NCBI RefSeq assembly: GCF_044647545.1
Contig: NZ_CP172818.1
Direction: 5' to 3' (one strand)
Length of the DNA stretch: 64,000 nt
Source: Escherichia coli
GTDB taxonomy: Bacteria; Pseudomonadota; Gammaproteobacteria; Enterobacterales; Enterobacteriaceae
Shown here: positions 33,189-50,079 of the stretch, one piece after another
How the letters are laid out: the number at the start of each line of letters is the position of its first letter
How positions within the stretch are numbered: position 1 is the stretch's first letter
The notes under the pieces: model-generated
What the model saw: only the letters and a program-made list of their open reading frames with translations
What the model was told of the DNA's origin: nothing
Databases searched by the model: none
Translations under genes and position numbers: made by a program

Positions 33189-33280
33189 GTTTTCAACAGT
33201 AATGCTGGCGCGCCCCCTCGCGCCTGAAAATTACGGTGCTAAGCGGGTAACGTTTAGCACCGCCTTTAGCGGAGGGTAGT

Positions 33281-33364
33281 ATGGTGGGCCGTTATCGCTT
33301 TGAGTTCATTCTTATCATCCTTATTTTATGCGCACTGATTGCCGCCCGTTTTTATCTTTCCTGA
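33281..33364 (+). CDS. ydgU: Small membrane protein YdgU (27 aa); not in ORF track
   Basis: Manual translation MVGRYRFEFILIILILCALIAARFYLS with GGAGGG RBS 5-10 nt upstream. Confidence 0.7.
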   Translation: MVGRYRFEFILIILILCALIAARFYLS

Positions 33365-33463
33365 TCGTAGTTATCTGATTTTACTCCCACTTTCATCCCG
33401 TCCCGTCTATAGTATTTATGAGGGTTTGCTTTTAATAATCATAATTACCCACCAGAGTGTGAT

Positions 33464-34285
33464 ATGCGTACAACCATTGCTGTAGTGTTGGGTGCAATTA
33501 GTTTGACGTCTGCTTTTGTGTTTGCAGATAAACCAGACGTTGCCAAATCGGCAAACGATGAGGTCAGCACCCTGTTTTTTGGTCATGATGATCGTGTGCC
33601 AGTGAATGACACGACCCAATCACCGTGGGATGCTGTTGGGCAACTGGAAACGGCCAGCGGCAATTTATGTACGGCGACGCTGATTGCACCCAATCTGGCA
33701 TTAACGGCAGGACACTGTTTATTGACGCCGCCAAAGGGTAAAGCCGATAAAGCGGTAGCGCTGCGTTTCGTGTCAAATAAAGGTCTTTGGCGCTATGAGA
33801 TCCACGACATAGAAGGCCGCGTTGATCCGACACTGGGAAAGCGGTTAAAAGCAGATGGGGATGGCTGGATTGTACCTCCCGCAGCTGCGCCGTGGGACTT
33901 CGGTTTGATTGTGCTACGTAATCCCCCTTCTGGCATTACACCATTGCCGTTATTTGAGGGAGATAAAGCCGCACTTACCGCCGCATTAAAAGCGGCAGGT
34001 CGTAAAGTGACTCAGGCAGGATACCCTGAAGATCATCTCGATACGTTGTACAGTCATCAAAACTGTGAAGTGACTGGCTGGGCGCAAACGTCGGTGATGT
34101 CGCATCAGTGCGATACCTTGCCGGGAGACAGCGGTTCGCCTCTGATGTTGCATACCGATGACGGCTGGCAATTAATTGGGGTGCAAAGTTCGGCTCCTGC
34201 CGCGAAAGATCGCTGGCGCGCCGATAACCGGGCCATTTCTGTTACCGGTTTTCGCGACAAGCTGGATCAACTGTCGCAAAAATAA
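33464..34285 (+). CDS. ydgD: Secreted trypsin-like (S1 family) serine peptidase
   Basis: 273 aa; signal peptide; His motif TAGHC and Ser motif GDSGSP. Confidence 0.85.
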   Translation: MRTTIAVVLGAISLTSAFVFADKPDVAKSANDEVSTLFFGHDDRVPVNDTTQSPWDAVGQLETASGNLCTATLIAPNLALTAGHCLLTPPKGKADKAVALRFVSNKGLWRYEIHDIEGRVDPTLGKRLKADGDGWIVPPAAAPWDFGLIVLRNPPSGITPLPLFEGDKAALTAALKAAGRKVTQAGYPEDHLDTLYSHQNCEVTGWAQTSVMSHQCDTLPGDSGSPLMLHTDDGWQLIGVQSSAPAAKDRWRADNRAISVTGFRDKLDQLSQK

Positions 34286-34323
34286 TGTTCAAACGCTGCC
34301 CGACAGTGCGGGCAGCGTGTTCA

Positions 34324-34653
34324 TCAGGCAAGTTTCACCATGATCATTCCAGCCAACAGCAAGACCAGGCCAATCCAGCCTTTACGATTTAACCGTTGAC
34401 CAAACAAGATCCAACCTGCGGCTAACGTGGCGGCAATACCAAACCCGCCCCACAATGCATAAGCGACAGACAAGTCGATCCCTTTAACGGCCTGAGAAAG
34501 CGCACTAAAGGCAGCCAGCACCGCCGCCAGGGAGAGCAAGCCAAATATTTTGCGACGAAAGCCGTCAGAAAATTTCAAAAAGACGTTAGCAACGATTTCC
34601 AGCACGATTGCCAATGCCAGCCAGGCGGCGTGAACCCATTCAAACTGCGCCAT
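34324..34653 (-). CDS. mdtI: SMR-family spermidine exporter subunit MdtI
   Basis: 109 aa, 4 TM; overlaps mdtJ by 14 nt. Confidence 0.9.
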
Positions 34654-35005
34654 GGTTCACCTCCAGTTCAGGTTTACGCGCTTTACGAGTACCTGATTTG
34701 ATCAACACAATCCCGGCGACCAGGGTGGTTAACCCGGCAATTTTCATCAGCGATAAACTTTCGTCGAATAACAAAACGCTAAACAAGGTAATAAATAAAA
34801 TACCGATACCTTCCCACAGCGCATAAGCCACGCCTAAGGCGATCTTTTTAACGGCGAAAGAGAGAAATATATACGACAGAGAAATCATCACCAGCATTAA
34901 AATAAAGCCGCCATTTCCCTCACTGACGCTCGCCCATTTCATAGACAGCGTACCGGTAATTTCTGTAGCAATAGCCAGACCTAATAAAATCCAATAAATA
35001 TACAT
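34640..35005 (-). CDS. mdtJ: SMR-family spermidine exporter subunit MdtJ
   Basis: 121 aa, 4 TM. Confidence 0.9.
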
Positions 35006-35416
35006 TGTCCTTCTCCTGCAAGAGAATTATTTTAATTTTCGCTTAATTCAGCGAAACCAAAGTAAAGTGGTCAAGCCCCGCGCATAGCGCAAGCTTAAGC
35101 AGGAGAAAGGACTAAAGCGCGTTGCGCCAGTGCTGCTCACCTACGAGCAAGATAGTGGATGAGGTACGAAGATGGGTAAATGTAGAAAATAACGTCCTGA
35201 ACAAATTGTCCATAATATTACAATTATCCGCAGTGTTGCTTCTCGTCATCGCGGATGATAATTGTCCTCGGTAGTTGAACACGCCTGATTTGTATCATAG
35301 CTTAAGAATTAACTCAAAATATTTTCACTTCTTTACCTGAGCGGTTTGATTTTCGTTATGATGACGGAGCGAAAAAGACATTATTATTAGCAAAGGAAGA
35401 AAAAACGGGGACAAGC

Positions 35417-36451
35417 ATGGCAAAGCCGATCATCACGCTCAATGGCCTAAAAATCGTCATTATGTTGGGAATGCTGGTCATTATTCTCTGCGGTATCCGT
35501 TTTGCCGCCGAGATCATCGTGCCGTTTATTCTCGCATTATTTATTGCTGTTATTCTTAACCCGCTGGTGCAACACATGGTCCGCTGGCGAGTGCCGCGTG
35601 TACTGGCGGTGTCGATTTTGATGACCATCATCGTGATGGCGATGGTGTTGCTGTTAGCTTATCTGGGTTCCGCGCTCAACGAGTTGACGCGGACGTTACC
35701 GCAATATCGCAACTCTATTATGACGCCGCTGCAAGCGATTGAACCGTTGTTGCAACGCGTAGGGATTGATGTCTCAGTTGACCAACTGGCGCATTACATT
35801 GATCCGAACGCGGCAATGACGTTGCTCACCAACTTATTGACGCAGTTATCTAATGCCATGTCATCAATCTTTTTATTGCTGCTGACGGTGCTGTTTATGT
35901 TGCTCGAAGTGCCACAATTGCCCGGAAAATTTCAGCAAATGATGGTGCGTCCGGTTGAAGGGATGGCGGCGATTCAGCGTGCGATTGACAGTGTGTCTCA
36001 TTATCTGGTGCTGAAAACAGCCATCAGCATCATCACCGGCCTGGTCGCTTGGGCGATGCTCGCCGCACTCGATGTTCGCTTCGCTTTTGTCTGGGGATTG
36101 CTGGCCTTTGCGCTTAATTACATCCCTAATATTGGTTCAGTTCTCGCGGCAATCCCCCCTATCGCTCAGGTACTGGTGTTTAATGGCTTCTACGAAGCGT
36201 TGCTGGTGCTGGCGGGATATCTGCTAATTAATCTGGTCTTCGGCAATATTCTGGAGCCGCGCATCATGGGTCGTGGGCTGGGGCTTTCCACATTGGTGGT
36301 ATTTTTGTCGTTGATTTTTTGGGGATGGTTGTTAGGACCGGTGGGTATGCTGCTTTCCGTGCCGTTAACAATTATTGTCAAAATTGCACTTGAACAAACA
36401 GCGGGAGGTCAAAGCATCGCCGTTCTGTTAAGCGATCTCAATAAAGAGTGA
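35417..36451 (+). CDS. tqsA: AI-2 transport protein (AI-2E family)
   Basis: 344 aa polytopic membrane protein. Confidence 0.85.
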   Translation: MAKPIITLNGLKIVIMLGMLVIILCGIRFAAEIIVPFILALFIAVILNPLVQHMVRWRVPRVLAVSILMTIIVMAMVLLLAYLGSALNELTRTLPQYRNSIMTPLQAIEPLLQRVGIDVSVDQLAHYIDPNAAMTLLTNLLTQLSNAMSSIFLLLLTVLFMLLEVPQLPGKFQQMMVRPVEGMAAIQRAIDSVSHYLVLKTAISIITGLVAWAMLAALDVRFAFVWGLLAFALNYIPNIGSVLAAIPPIAQVLVFNGFYEALLVLAGYLLINLVFGNILEPRIMGRGLGLSTLVVFLSLIFWGWLLGPVGMLLSVPLTIIVKIALEQTAGGQSIAVLLSDLNKE

Positions 36452-36475
36452 CGGCCTCCGCAGAGGCCGTCAGGG

Positions 36476-37867
<1,392 letters not shown>

Positions 37868-37874
37868 TTACCCC

Positions 37875-39470
<1,596 letters not shown>

Positions 39471-39930
39471 TCATGTACGAGCTAAATGTTACTCCGTTAA
39501 AATAAATTAGTAACAAACGCCCTATAACGTACTGAAAATTATGCCTGTGATCTAGCGCCAAAAATCAGTATTTCGGCGTGAACTCGCAAAATATTAACGA
39601 TTCAGCCGTGATAGTGGGATAAACACCTTAGAACGCCGGATAAAGACTGATAATTGTCTTCGACGGTCAGGTAAAACGAGACATCGCCCCGGTACGAATC
39701 ACTACTTAACATTAAATTAACTTATACAATTCAGTTGCTTCAGTAGTATTGATGCTGATACGTCTGTTTTTTAAGCATAGACGGTCATTTGAGCAGGATT
39801 AAAATTGGCTTAAGGAATGTGATATGAAAAATGACGCAGACAGTTACACCGTTTAAATGCAATAATCAGCCACGTTTCTCGTTAATAACAATACCAGTAC
39901 CTGGTTTGCGCAAGGCGAAGGATTATTTTT

Positions 39931-40875
39931 ATGAAGCTTAAGAACACCCTCCTGGCGTCGGCACTGCTTTCTGCTACGGCATTCTCCGTTAACGCAGCAA
40001 CAGAACTGACACCGGAGCAAGCGGCAGCGGTTAAACCTTTTGACCGTGTAGTGGTTACCGGTCGTTTTAATGCTATTGGCGAAGCGGTGAAAGCCGTTTC
40101 TCGTCGCGCAGATAAAGAAGGTGCCGCCTCTTTTTATGTTGTCGACACTTCTGATTTTGGTAACAGCGGTAACTGGCGTGTGGTCGCTGACCTCTATAAA
40201 GCCGATGCTGAAAAAGCAGAAGAAACAAGTAATCGCGTAATTAACGGTGTTGTCGAACTGCCGAAAGATCAGGCTGTTCTGATTGAACCGTTTGACACGG
40301 TCACCGTCCAGGGCTTCTATCGTAGCCAGCCAGAAGTCAATGATGCCATCACCAAAGCAGCAAAAGCGAAAGGTGCCTACTCTTTCTACATTGTTCGTCA
40401 AATCGATGCCAACCAGGGCGGTAACCAGCGTATTACTGCATTCATCTATAAAAAAGATGCTAAGAAACGTATCGTCCAGAGCCCGGATGTGATCCCGGCA
40501 GATTCCGAAGCAGGACGTGCAGCTCTGGCTGCCGGTGGCGAAGCTGCGAAGAAAGTTGAGATCCCGGGTGTTGCGACTACCGCATCACCAAGTTCTGAAG
40601 TCGGTCGCTTCTTTGAAACCCAGTCATCAAAAGGCGGGCGTTACACCGTCACGCTCCCGGATGGCACTAAAGTCGAAGAACTGAACAAAGCGACCGCAGC
40701 GATGATGGTCCCGTTCGACAGCATCAAATTCTCTGGCAACTACGGCAACATGACCGAAGTCTCCTATCAGGTTGCGAAACGTGCCGCGAAGAAAGGTGCT
40801 AAGTATTACCACATCACCCGCCAGTGGCAGGAACGTGGTAATAACCTGACCGTCAGCGCAGATCTGTATAAATAA
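39931..40875 (+). CDS. ydgH: Periplasmic protein with repeated DUF1471 domains
   Basis: 314 aa, signal peptide, three internal repeats. Confidence 0.85.
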   Translation: MKLKNTLLASALLSATAFSVNAATELTPEQAAAVKPFDRVVVTGRFNAIGEAVKAVSRRADKEGAASFYVVDTSDFGNSGNWRVVADLYKADAEKAEETSNRVINGVVELPKDQAVLIEPFDTVTVQGFYRSQPEVNDAITKAAKAKGAYSFYIVRQIDANQGGNQRITAFIYKKDAKKRIVQSPDVIPADSEAGRAALAAGGEAAKKVEIPGVATTASPSSEVGRFFETQSSKGGRYTVTLPDGTKVEELNKATAAMMVPFDSIKFSGNYGNMTEVSYQVAKRAAKKGAKYYHITRQWQERGNNLTVSADLYK

Positions 40876-40895
40876 CTATTCAGTTACTCCTATAA

Positions 40896-40925
40896 GGCGG
40901 CTTGATGCCGCCTTTCGCATTTTTA
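40896..40925 (+). terminator. Rho-independent terminator after ydgH
   Basis: GGCGGC-ttgat-GCCGCC followed by T-rich run. Confidence 0.7.
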
Positions 40926-41060
40926 GTCACAAATTTCCCCGCGACCATTGCATGCAGACACATCTCTTCGTAAAATCCCGCGCTTCAGTGGCAAACTCCA
41001 TTTTTATGCGTTTTGCCCTAATATTTATTCTTCTTATCACGTTTTAATCACTGGATATCG

Positions 41061-42443
41061 ATGGAAAAGAAACTGGGACTGAGCGCACTCACCGCGCTGG
41101 TATTAAGCTCAATGCTGGGCGCGGGTGTTTTCAGTCTGCCGCAAAATATGGCGGCAGTTGCCAGCCCGGCAGCACTGCTCATCGGCTGGGGTATTACTGG
41201 AGCTGGCATTTTATTGCTGGCCTTTGCCATGCTGATCCTCACGCGCATTCGTCCCGAACTTGACGGCGGTATCTTTACCTATGCCCGCGAAGGGTTTGGC
41301 GAGCTAATCGGCTTTTGTTCCGCATGGGGATACTGGCTGTGCGCGGTCATCGCCAACGTCTCCTATCTGGTGATCGTTTTTTCCGCGTTAAGCTTTTTTA
41401 CGGACACGCCGGAATTGCGCCTGTTTGGCGATGGTAATACCTGGCAATCGATCGTCGGTGCATCGGCTTTATTGTGGATTGTTCACTTTTTGATCCTGCG
41501 CGGGGTGCAAACCGCTGCCAGCATTAACCTGGTGGCAACACTGGCAAAACTGTTGCCGCTGGGTCTGTTTGTTGTGTTGGCGATGATGATGTTCAAACTG
41601 GATACCTTCAAGCTCGACTTCACCGGACTTGCACTTGGCGTACCCGTGTGGGAACAGGTGAAAAACACCATGCTGATCACCCTGTGGGTTTTCATTGGTG
41701 TGGAAGGTGCCGTGGTTGTTTCTGCGCGTGCGCGTAATAAACGTGATGTTGGCAAAGCGACACTGCTGGCGGTTCTCTCCGCTCTGGGCGTTTACTTGCT
41801 GGTAACGCTGCTTTCGCTGGGCGTGGTGGCACGTCCTGAACTGGCTGAAATTCGTAACCCGTCAATGGCCGGTCTGATGGTGGAAATGATGGGACCGTGG
41901 GGCGAAATCATCATCGCTGCCGGTTTGATCGTTTCCGTTTGCGGCGCGTACTTAAGCTGGACCATCATGGCGGCAGAAGTTCCGTTCCTGGCCGCCACTC
42001 ATAAAGCATTCCCGCGCATTTTTGCGCGCCAGAACGCACAAGCTGCGCCATCCGCTTCACTGTGGCTGACCAACATCTGCGTGCAAATTTGTCTGGTGCT
42101 CATCTGGCTGACCGGTTCCGATTACAACACATTGCTGACCATCGCCTCAGAAATGATTCTGGTGCCCTATTTCCTGGTCGGCGCGTTCTTGCTAAAAATC
42201 GCAACCCGTCCACTGCATAAAGCGGTAGGTGTCGGTGCCTGCATTTATGGCTTATGGTTATTGTACGCCTCTGGTCCAATGCACTTGCTGTTATCCGTTG
42301 TTCTGTATGCACCGGGGCTGCTGGTTTTCCTGTACGCGCGTAAAACGCATACCCATGATAATGTACTGAATCGTCAGGAAATGGTGCTGATTGGCATGCT
42401 GTTAATTGCCTCAGTTCCGGCGACCTGGATGCTGGTGGGATAA
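41061..42443 (+). CDS. ydgI: APC-family arginine/ornithine antiporter-like transporter
   Basis: 460 aa polytopic membrane protein. Confidence 0.85.
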   Translation: MEKKLGLSALTALVLSSMLGAGVFSLPQNMAAVASPAALLIGWGITGAGILLLAFAMLILTRIRPELDGGIFTYAREGFGELIGFCSAWGYWLCAVIANVSYLVIVFSALSFFTDTPELRLFGDGNTWQSIVGASALLWIVHFLILRGVQTAASINLVATLAKLLPLGLFVVLAMMMFKLDTFKLDFTGLALGVPVWEQVKNTMLITLWVFIGVEGAVVVSARARNKRDVGKATLLAVLSALGVYLLVTLLSLGVVARPELAEIRNPSMAGLMVEMMGPWGEIIIAAGLIVSVCGAYLSWTIMAAEVPFLAATHKAFPRIFARQNAQAAPSASLWLTNICVQICLVLIWLTGSDYNTLLTIASEMILVPYFLVGAFLLKIATRPLHKAVGVGACIYGLWLLYASGPMHLLLSVVLYAPGLLVFLYARKTHTHDNVLNRQEMVLIGMLLIASVPATWMLVG

Positions 42444-42479
42444 CGTTCATCCCATCGTTGGATAGCAAAGGAGATCACG

Positions 42480-43202
42480 ATGGGTAAAACCCAGCCCTTG
42501 CCAATATTAATTACTGGCGGTGGTCGTCGCATCGGCCTCGCCCTCGCCTGGCATTTCATTAATCAAAAGCAACCGGTGATTATCAGCTATCGGACGCACT
42601 ATCCAGCCATTGATGGACTGATTAACGCAGGTGCGCAGTGTATTCAGGCTGATTTTTCGACCAACGACGGTGTGATGGCGTTTGCCGATGAAGTACTAAA
42701 AAGCACCCATGGCCTGCGTGCTATTTTGCATAACGCCAGCGCGTGGATGGCGGAAAAACCGGGTGCGCTACTGACCGACGTACTGGCTTGCATGATGCAG
42801 ATCCACGTTAATACCCCATACCTGCTCAACCATGCTCTGGAAAGATTACTGCGTGGGCACGGACACGCCGCCAGCGATATCATTCACTTTACCGATTATG
42901 TGGTGGAGCGCGGTAGCGATAAACATATTGCGTATGCTGCAAGCAAAGCGGCACTGGATAATATGACCCGCTCGTTTGCCCGCAAGCTGGCACCGGAAGT
43001 GAAAGTGAATTCTATTGCGCCATCGCTGATCCTGTTTAATGAACATGATGATGCCGAATATCGACAACAGGCGCTGAATAAATCACTGATGAAAACAGCG
43101 CCTGGCGAGAAAGAAGTGATCGACCTGGTCGATTACTTACTTACCAGCTGCTTTGTCACCGGACGCAGTTTCCCTCTTGATGGCGGTCGTCATCTGCGTT
43201 AA
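42480..43202 (+). CDS. folM: Dihydromonapterin reductase (SDR family)
   Basis: 240 aa; TGGGRRIG cofactor motif, YxxxK. Confidence 0.9.
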   Translation: MGKTQPLPILITGGGRRIGLALAWHFINQKQPVIISYRTHYPAIDGLINAGAQCIQADFSTNDGVMAFADEVLKSTHGLRAILHNASAWMAEKPGALLTDVLACMMQIHVNTPYLLNHALERLLRGHGHAASDIIHFTDYVVERGSDKHIAYAASKAALDNMTRSFARKLAPEVKVNSIAPSLILFNEHDDAEYRQQALNKSLMKTAPGEKEVIDLVDYLLTSCFVTGRSFPLDGGRHLR

Positions 43203-43534
43203 TGCAGCTTTATCCAGCATATAATCAACACCCATGCGCTTATTCCCCAGCACGCAACAGAGCCAACAAAAGCAGCGGGCAAGCGCATCATTCCGGTGAA
43301 ATACCACAGCGACGCCAGGTAAACAAAATAGGGAATAATCGACCACATACTAAAAATGATGGTTGCGCGTAAGGCTTCAATGCCGCGTTCGCTGGCAACA
43401 ATATAATGCGCGATAAGCGCAAAGGTCGGGAAAAGTGGAATCAGCCCGGCGATATAATAATTTTTCGTTTTTGCTAAAACACCAATCAACAGCACTACCA
43501 GCGCACCGAGCGCGGCTTTGATTACCAGCCCCAT
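43199..43534 (-). CDS. ydgC: GlpM-family inner membrane protein
   Basis: 111 aa, 4 TM; overlaps folM stop. Confidence 0.85.
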   Translation of the reverse strand: MGLVIKAALGALVVLLIGVLAKTKNYYIAGLIPLFPTFALIAHYIVASERGIEALRATIIFSMWSIIPYFVYLASLWYFTGMMRLPAAFVGSVACWGISAWVLIICWIKLH

Positions 43535-43662
43535 CTTTTTACCTTAACACTTCCATAACAAGTCATCAGTAGAATACCTGATGAAACCTTGTTTAGAAAC
43601 GATTGATAGTAAGTAAAAACAGTGCGGTGTATTGTGACGTTTTTATATCTACCGTGAATGTT

Positions 43663-44382
43663 ATGAACACTATCGTATTTGTGGAAGATGATGCGGAAGT
43701 CGGTTCACTGATTGCTGCGTACCTGGCAAAACATGATATGCAGGTTACCGTGGAACCGCGCGGCGACCGGGCCGAAGAAACTATTCTGCGAGAAAATCCG
43801 GATTTGGTGTTACTCGATATCATGCTACCAGGCAAGGACGGCATGACCATTTGTCGTGATTTACGCGCAAAGTGGTCCGGACCGATTGTTCTTCTAACCT
43901 CTCTCGATAGCGATATGAACCACATCCTGGCACTGGAAATGGGCGCCTGCGACTATATTCTCAAAACGACGCCCCCTGCTGTTTTGCTAGCGCGTTTACG
44001 TTTGCATTTGCGTCAGAATGAGCAAGCTACAGTGACCAAAGGTATTCAGGAAACGTCTCTGACTCCCTACAAAGCCCTGCATTTCGGCACGTTGACCATC
44101 GATCCCATCAACCGCGTAGTCACCCTGGCTAACACTGAAATCTCGCTCTCGACAGCTGATTTCGAATTATTGTGGGAATTAGCTACCCATGCCGGGCAAA
44201 TCATGGACCGCGATGCATTGCTGAAAAATTTACGCGGCGTCAGTTATGACGGTCTGGATCGTAGCGTGGACGTGGCTATTTCGCGGTTAAGAAAAAAACT
44301 GCTCGATAACGCCGCAGAACCTTATCGTATTAAAACCGTGCGTAACAAAGGCTATCTTTTTGCGCCTCATGCGTGGGAATAA
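43663..44382 (+). CDS. rstA: OmpR-family response regulator RstA
   Basis: 239 aa from MNTIVFVEDD; receiver domain plus winged-helix. Confidence 0.9.
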   Translation: MNTIVFVEDDAEVGSLIAAYLAKHDMQVTVEPRGDRAEETILRENPDLVLLDIMLPGKDGMTICRDLRAKWSGPIVLLTSLDSDMNHILALEMGACDYILKTTPPAVLLARLRLHLRQNEQATVTKGIQETSLTPYKALHFGTLTIDPINRVVTLANTEISLSTADFELLWELATHAGQIMDRDALLKNLRGVSYDGLDRSVDVAISRLRKKLLDNAAEPYRIKTVRNKGYLFAPHAWE

Positions 44383-44385
44383 GCG

Positions 44386-45687
44386 ATGAAAAAACTGTTT
44401 ATCCAGTTTTACCTGTTATTGTTTGTCTGCTTCCTTGTGATGTCTCTGCTGGTCGGGCTGGTGTACAAATTTACCGCCGAACGCGCAGGCAAACAGTCGC
44501 TGGATGATTTGATGAACAGTTCGCTGTATCTGATGCGCAGCGAATTGCGTGAGATCCCCCCACACGACTGGGGTAAGACGCTGAAAGAGATGGATTTAAA
44601 TCTCTCTTTCGATCTGCGTGTCGAGCCGCTGAGTAAATACCATCTTGATGATATTTCCATGCACCGGCTGCGTGGCGGCGAAATTGTCGCTCTGGACGAT
44701 CAGTACACCTTTTTGCAACGTATCCCGCGCAGCCACTACGTGCTGGCAGTTGGTCCTGTTCCTTATCTTTATTACCTCCATCAGATGCGATTGCTGGATA
44801 TCGCCCTGATCGCTTTTATTGCCATTTCCCTCGCCTTTCCGGTGTTTATCTGGATGCGTCCGCACTGGCAGGATATGTTAAAACTGGAAGCAGCGGCGCA
44901 ACGATTTGGCGATGGGCATCTCAATGAACGTATCCACTTTGATGAGGGTTCGAGCTTTGAACGACTTGGTGTTGCATTTAACCAGATGGCGGACAATATC
45001 AACGCCTTGATTGCCAGCAAAAAACAGCTTATTGACGGTATCGCTCACGAACTGCGAACACCGTTAGTGCGCCTGCGTTATCGACTGGAGATGAGCGATA
45101 ACCTGAGCGCCGCCGAATCCCAGGCGTTGAACCGCGATATCAGTCAACTTGAAGCTTTAATTGAAGAGCTTCTGACTTATGCCCGACTCGATCGCCCACA
45201 AAACGAGCTTCATCTTAGCGAACCAGACCTGCCGTTGTGGCTGTCAACGCATCTGGCAGACATTCAGGCAGTAACGCCCGATAAAACGGTACGGATAAAA
45301 ACGCTCGCGCAAGGCCATTATGCGGCGTTGGATATGCGCTTAATGGAGCGTGTGCTGGATAATTTGCTCAATAACGCCCTGCGCTACTGTCATTCAACGG
45401 TTGAAACCAGCCTGCTACTGTCGGGGAATAGAGCGACATTAATTGTTGAGGATGATGGCCCAGGGATTGCCCCAGAAAACCGCGAACATATCTTTGAACC
45501 TTTTGTTCGCCTCGATCCCAGCCGGGATCGCTCAACCGGCGGCTGCGGGCTGGGGCTGGCCATTGTCCACTCTATAGCACTGGCAATGGGCGGTACGGCT
45601 AATTGTGACACCAGCGAACTGGGTGGTGCCCGCTTCTCGTTCAGCTGGCCGTTATGGCATAACATCCCGCAATTTACCTCTGCCTGA
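44386..45687 (+). CDS. rstB: Sensor histidine kinase RstB
   Basis: 433 aa; two TM, HAMP, H-box (HELRTP), ATPase G-box. Confidence 0.9.
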   Translation: MKKLFIQFYLLLFVCFLVMSLLVGLVYKFTAERAGKQSLDDLMNSSLYLMRSELREIPPHDWGKTLKEMDLNLSFDLRVEPLSKYHLDDISMHRLRGGEIVALDDQYTFLQRIPRSHYVLAVGPVPYLYYLHQMRLLDIALIAFIAISLAFPVFIWMRPHWQDMLKLEAAAQRFGDGHLNERIHFDEGSSFERLGVAFNQMADNINALIASKKQLIDGIAHELRTPLVRLRYRLEMSDNLSAAESQALNRDISQLEALIEELLTYARLDRPQNELHLSEPDLPLWLSTHLADIQAVTPDKTVRIKTLAQGHYAALDMRLMERVLDNLLNNALRYCHSTVETSLLLSGNRATLIVEDDGPGIAPENREHIFEPFVRLDPSRDRSTGGCGLGLAIVHSIALAMGGTANCDTSELGGARFSFSWPLWHNIPQFTSA

Positions 45688-45729
45688 CACTATGCGCACG
45701 GTGGTCAAGTCACCACCATTGTGCTATAA

Positions 45730-48092
<2,363 letters not shown>

Positions 48093-48206
48093 GGCCTGCT
48101 CCTCACCTGTTTAATTTTTTCTTTCTGTTTTGCTTTCGTTAAGCAACTTTTAGCTCACTTATTATTTACTATTTGATAACAAATGTTTGGTCTTTCGTGC
48201 CATGTA

Positions 48207-48232
48207 AAAAAACCGCCCCGAAGGGCGGCTCT
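48207..48232 (-). terminator. Rho-independent terminator downstream of fumA
   Basis: Minus strand CCGCCC-ttcg-GGGCGG hairpin followed by T7. Confidence 0.8.
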
Positions 48233-48234
48233 GT

Positions 48235-49881
48235 TTATTTCACACAGCGAGTGCACTGTGTGAGTTGTATCTGCTGGAAGAAGTCATTTCCTTTATCATC
48301 CACAAGGATAAACGCCGGGAAATCTTCCACTTCAATTTTCCAGATGGCTTCCATTCCCAGTTCCGGATATTCAACACATTCCAGGCTCTTAATACTTCCC
48401 TGCGCCAATACAGCGGCCGGACCACCGATACTGCCAAGGTAGAAGCCGCCGTGTTTTTTACAGGCATCCGTCACCTGCTGGCTGCGGTTGCCTTTCGCCA
48501 GCATGATCATACTTCCGCCCTGCGCTTGCAGTTGATCGACATAAGAATCCATCCGTCCGGCGGTCGTTGGGCCAAGAGAACCGGAGGCATAACCTTCCGG
48601 CGTTTTGGCCGGACCCGCGTAGTAAATCGGATGATCTTTAATGTACTGCGGCAGCCCTTCACCGTTATCCATCCGCTCTTTCAGTTTGGCGTGAGCAATA
48701 TCACGACCGACGATAATCGTGCCGTTAAGCGATAAGCGTGTAGAAACGGGATACTGCGACAACTGTGCGAGGATCTCTTTCATCGGACGGTTAAGGTCAA
48801 CGCGCACCGCTTCGCCTTCTCCCGCTTTACGCAGCTCTTCAGGGATATATTTACCTGGATTATGTTCCAGTTTTTCGATCCAGATCCCCTGACGGTTGAT
48901 CTTCGCTTTGATATTACGGTCAGCAGAGCAGGAAACACCCATACCAACCGGACAGGATGCGCCGTGACGTGGCAGGCGAATCACGCGTATGTCGTGAGCG
49001 AAGTATTTACCACCAAACTGCGCACCCAGACCGAGATTTTGCGCTTCGATCAGCAATTCTTTTTCCAGTTCCACATCGCGGAATGCCTGACCGTGCTCAT
49101 TCCCTTCCGTTGGCAGTTCATCATAGTATTTAGCGGAAGCCAGTTTCACCGTTTTAAGGTTCGTTTCCGCAGAAGTTCCACCAATAACGAACGCAATATG
49201 ATACGGAGGACAGGCCGCCGTACCCAGCGTGCGCATCTTCTCAACCAGGTAATTTTTCAGTTTCCCCGGCGTCAGTAACGCTTTGGTTTCCTGATAGAGA
49301 TACGTCTTGTTTGCCGAACCGCCACCTTTGGCGATACAGAGGAATTTGTACTCGTCGCCATCAACGGCATAAAGATCGATCTGCGCTGGTAGATTGGTGC
49401 CGGTATTCACCTCTTTATACATATCCAGCGGCGCGTTTTGCGAGTAGCGCAGATTATCTTCGATATAAGTGTTATAAACACCGCGTGCCAGCGCCGCTTC
49501 ATCACCGCCACCGGTCCATACACGCTGCCCTTTTTTACCAACAATAATCGCGGTGCCGGTATCCTGACAGGTCGGCAGAATGCCTTTTGCGGCGATGTCG
49601 GAGTTACGCAGGAATTGCAGCGCCACATATTTATCATTTTCGCTGGCTTCCGGGTCACGCAGAATGTCGGCCACCTGTTGTTGGTGAGCCGGACGCAGCA
49701 TAAATGACGCATCATGAAACGCTTGACGCGCCAACAAAGTTAACGCTTCGGGTGCGACTTTCAAAATCTCCTGCCCTTCAAATTCAGATACGCTAACGTG
49801 TTCGCTGGTTAGCAGGTAATACTCAGTATCATCTTTTTTGAGTGGAAAAGGAGCCTGATAATGAAAGGGTTTGTTTGACAT
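48235..49881 (-). CDS. fumA: Class I (Fe-S) fumarate hydratase
   Basis: 548 aa. Confidence 0.95.
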   Translation of the reverse strand: MSNKPFHYQAPFPLKKDDTEYYLLTSEHVSVSEFEGQEILKVAPEALTLLARQAFHDASFMLRPAHQQQVADILRDPEASENDKYVALQFLRNSDIAAKGILPTCQDTGTAIIVGKKGQRVWTGGGDEAALARGVYNTYIEDNLRYSQNAPLDMYKEVNTGTNLPAQIDLYAVDGDEYKFLCIAKGGGSANKTYLYQETKALLTPGKLKNYLVEKMRTLGTAACPPYHIAFVIGGTSAETNLKTVKLASAKYYDELPTEGNEHGQAFRDVELEKELLIEAQNLGLGAQFGGKYFAHDIRVIRLPRHGASCPVGMGVSCSADRNIKAKINRQGIWIEKLEHNPGKYIPEELRKAGEGEAVRVDLNRPMKEILAQLSQYPVSTRLSLNGTIIVGRDIAHAKLKERMDNGEGLPQYIKDHPIYYAGPAKTPEGYASGSLGPTTAGRMDSYVDQLQAQGGSMIMLAKGNRSQQVTDACKKHGGFYLGSIGGPAAVLAQGSIKSLECVEYPELGMEAIWKIEVEDFPAFILVDDKGNDFFQQIQLTQCTRCVK

Positions 49882-50079
49882 TGTTCTCTCACTTACTGCC
49901 TGGTTTGGTTATGCTCTGGGCGGGTGTTCCGTTGCCCTGTTAAAAGCGAGTAACAATATCCTACACACTTTTTTAACAAAAACTGAGACTAGTACGACTT
50001 TTTGCGGCTCCAGGTTACTTCCCGTAGGATTCTTGCTTTAATAGCGGGATTAATTTCCACATTTAAACAGGGATTGATC

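Noticed and set aside
32892-33279. Arg/Lys/Leu-rich ORFs on both strands over asr
   Set aside because: Alternate-frame and antisense readings of the asr repeat region; asr itself has signal peptide and proper start
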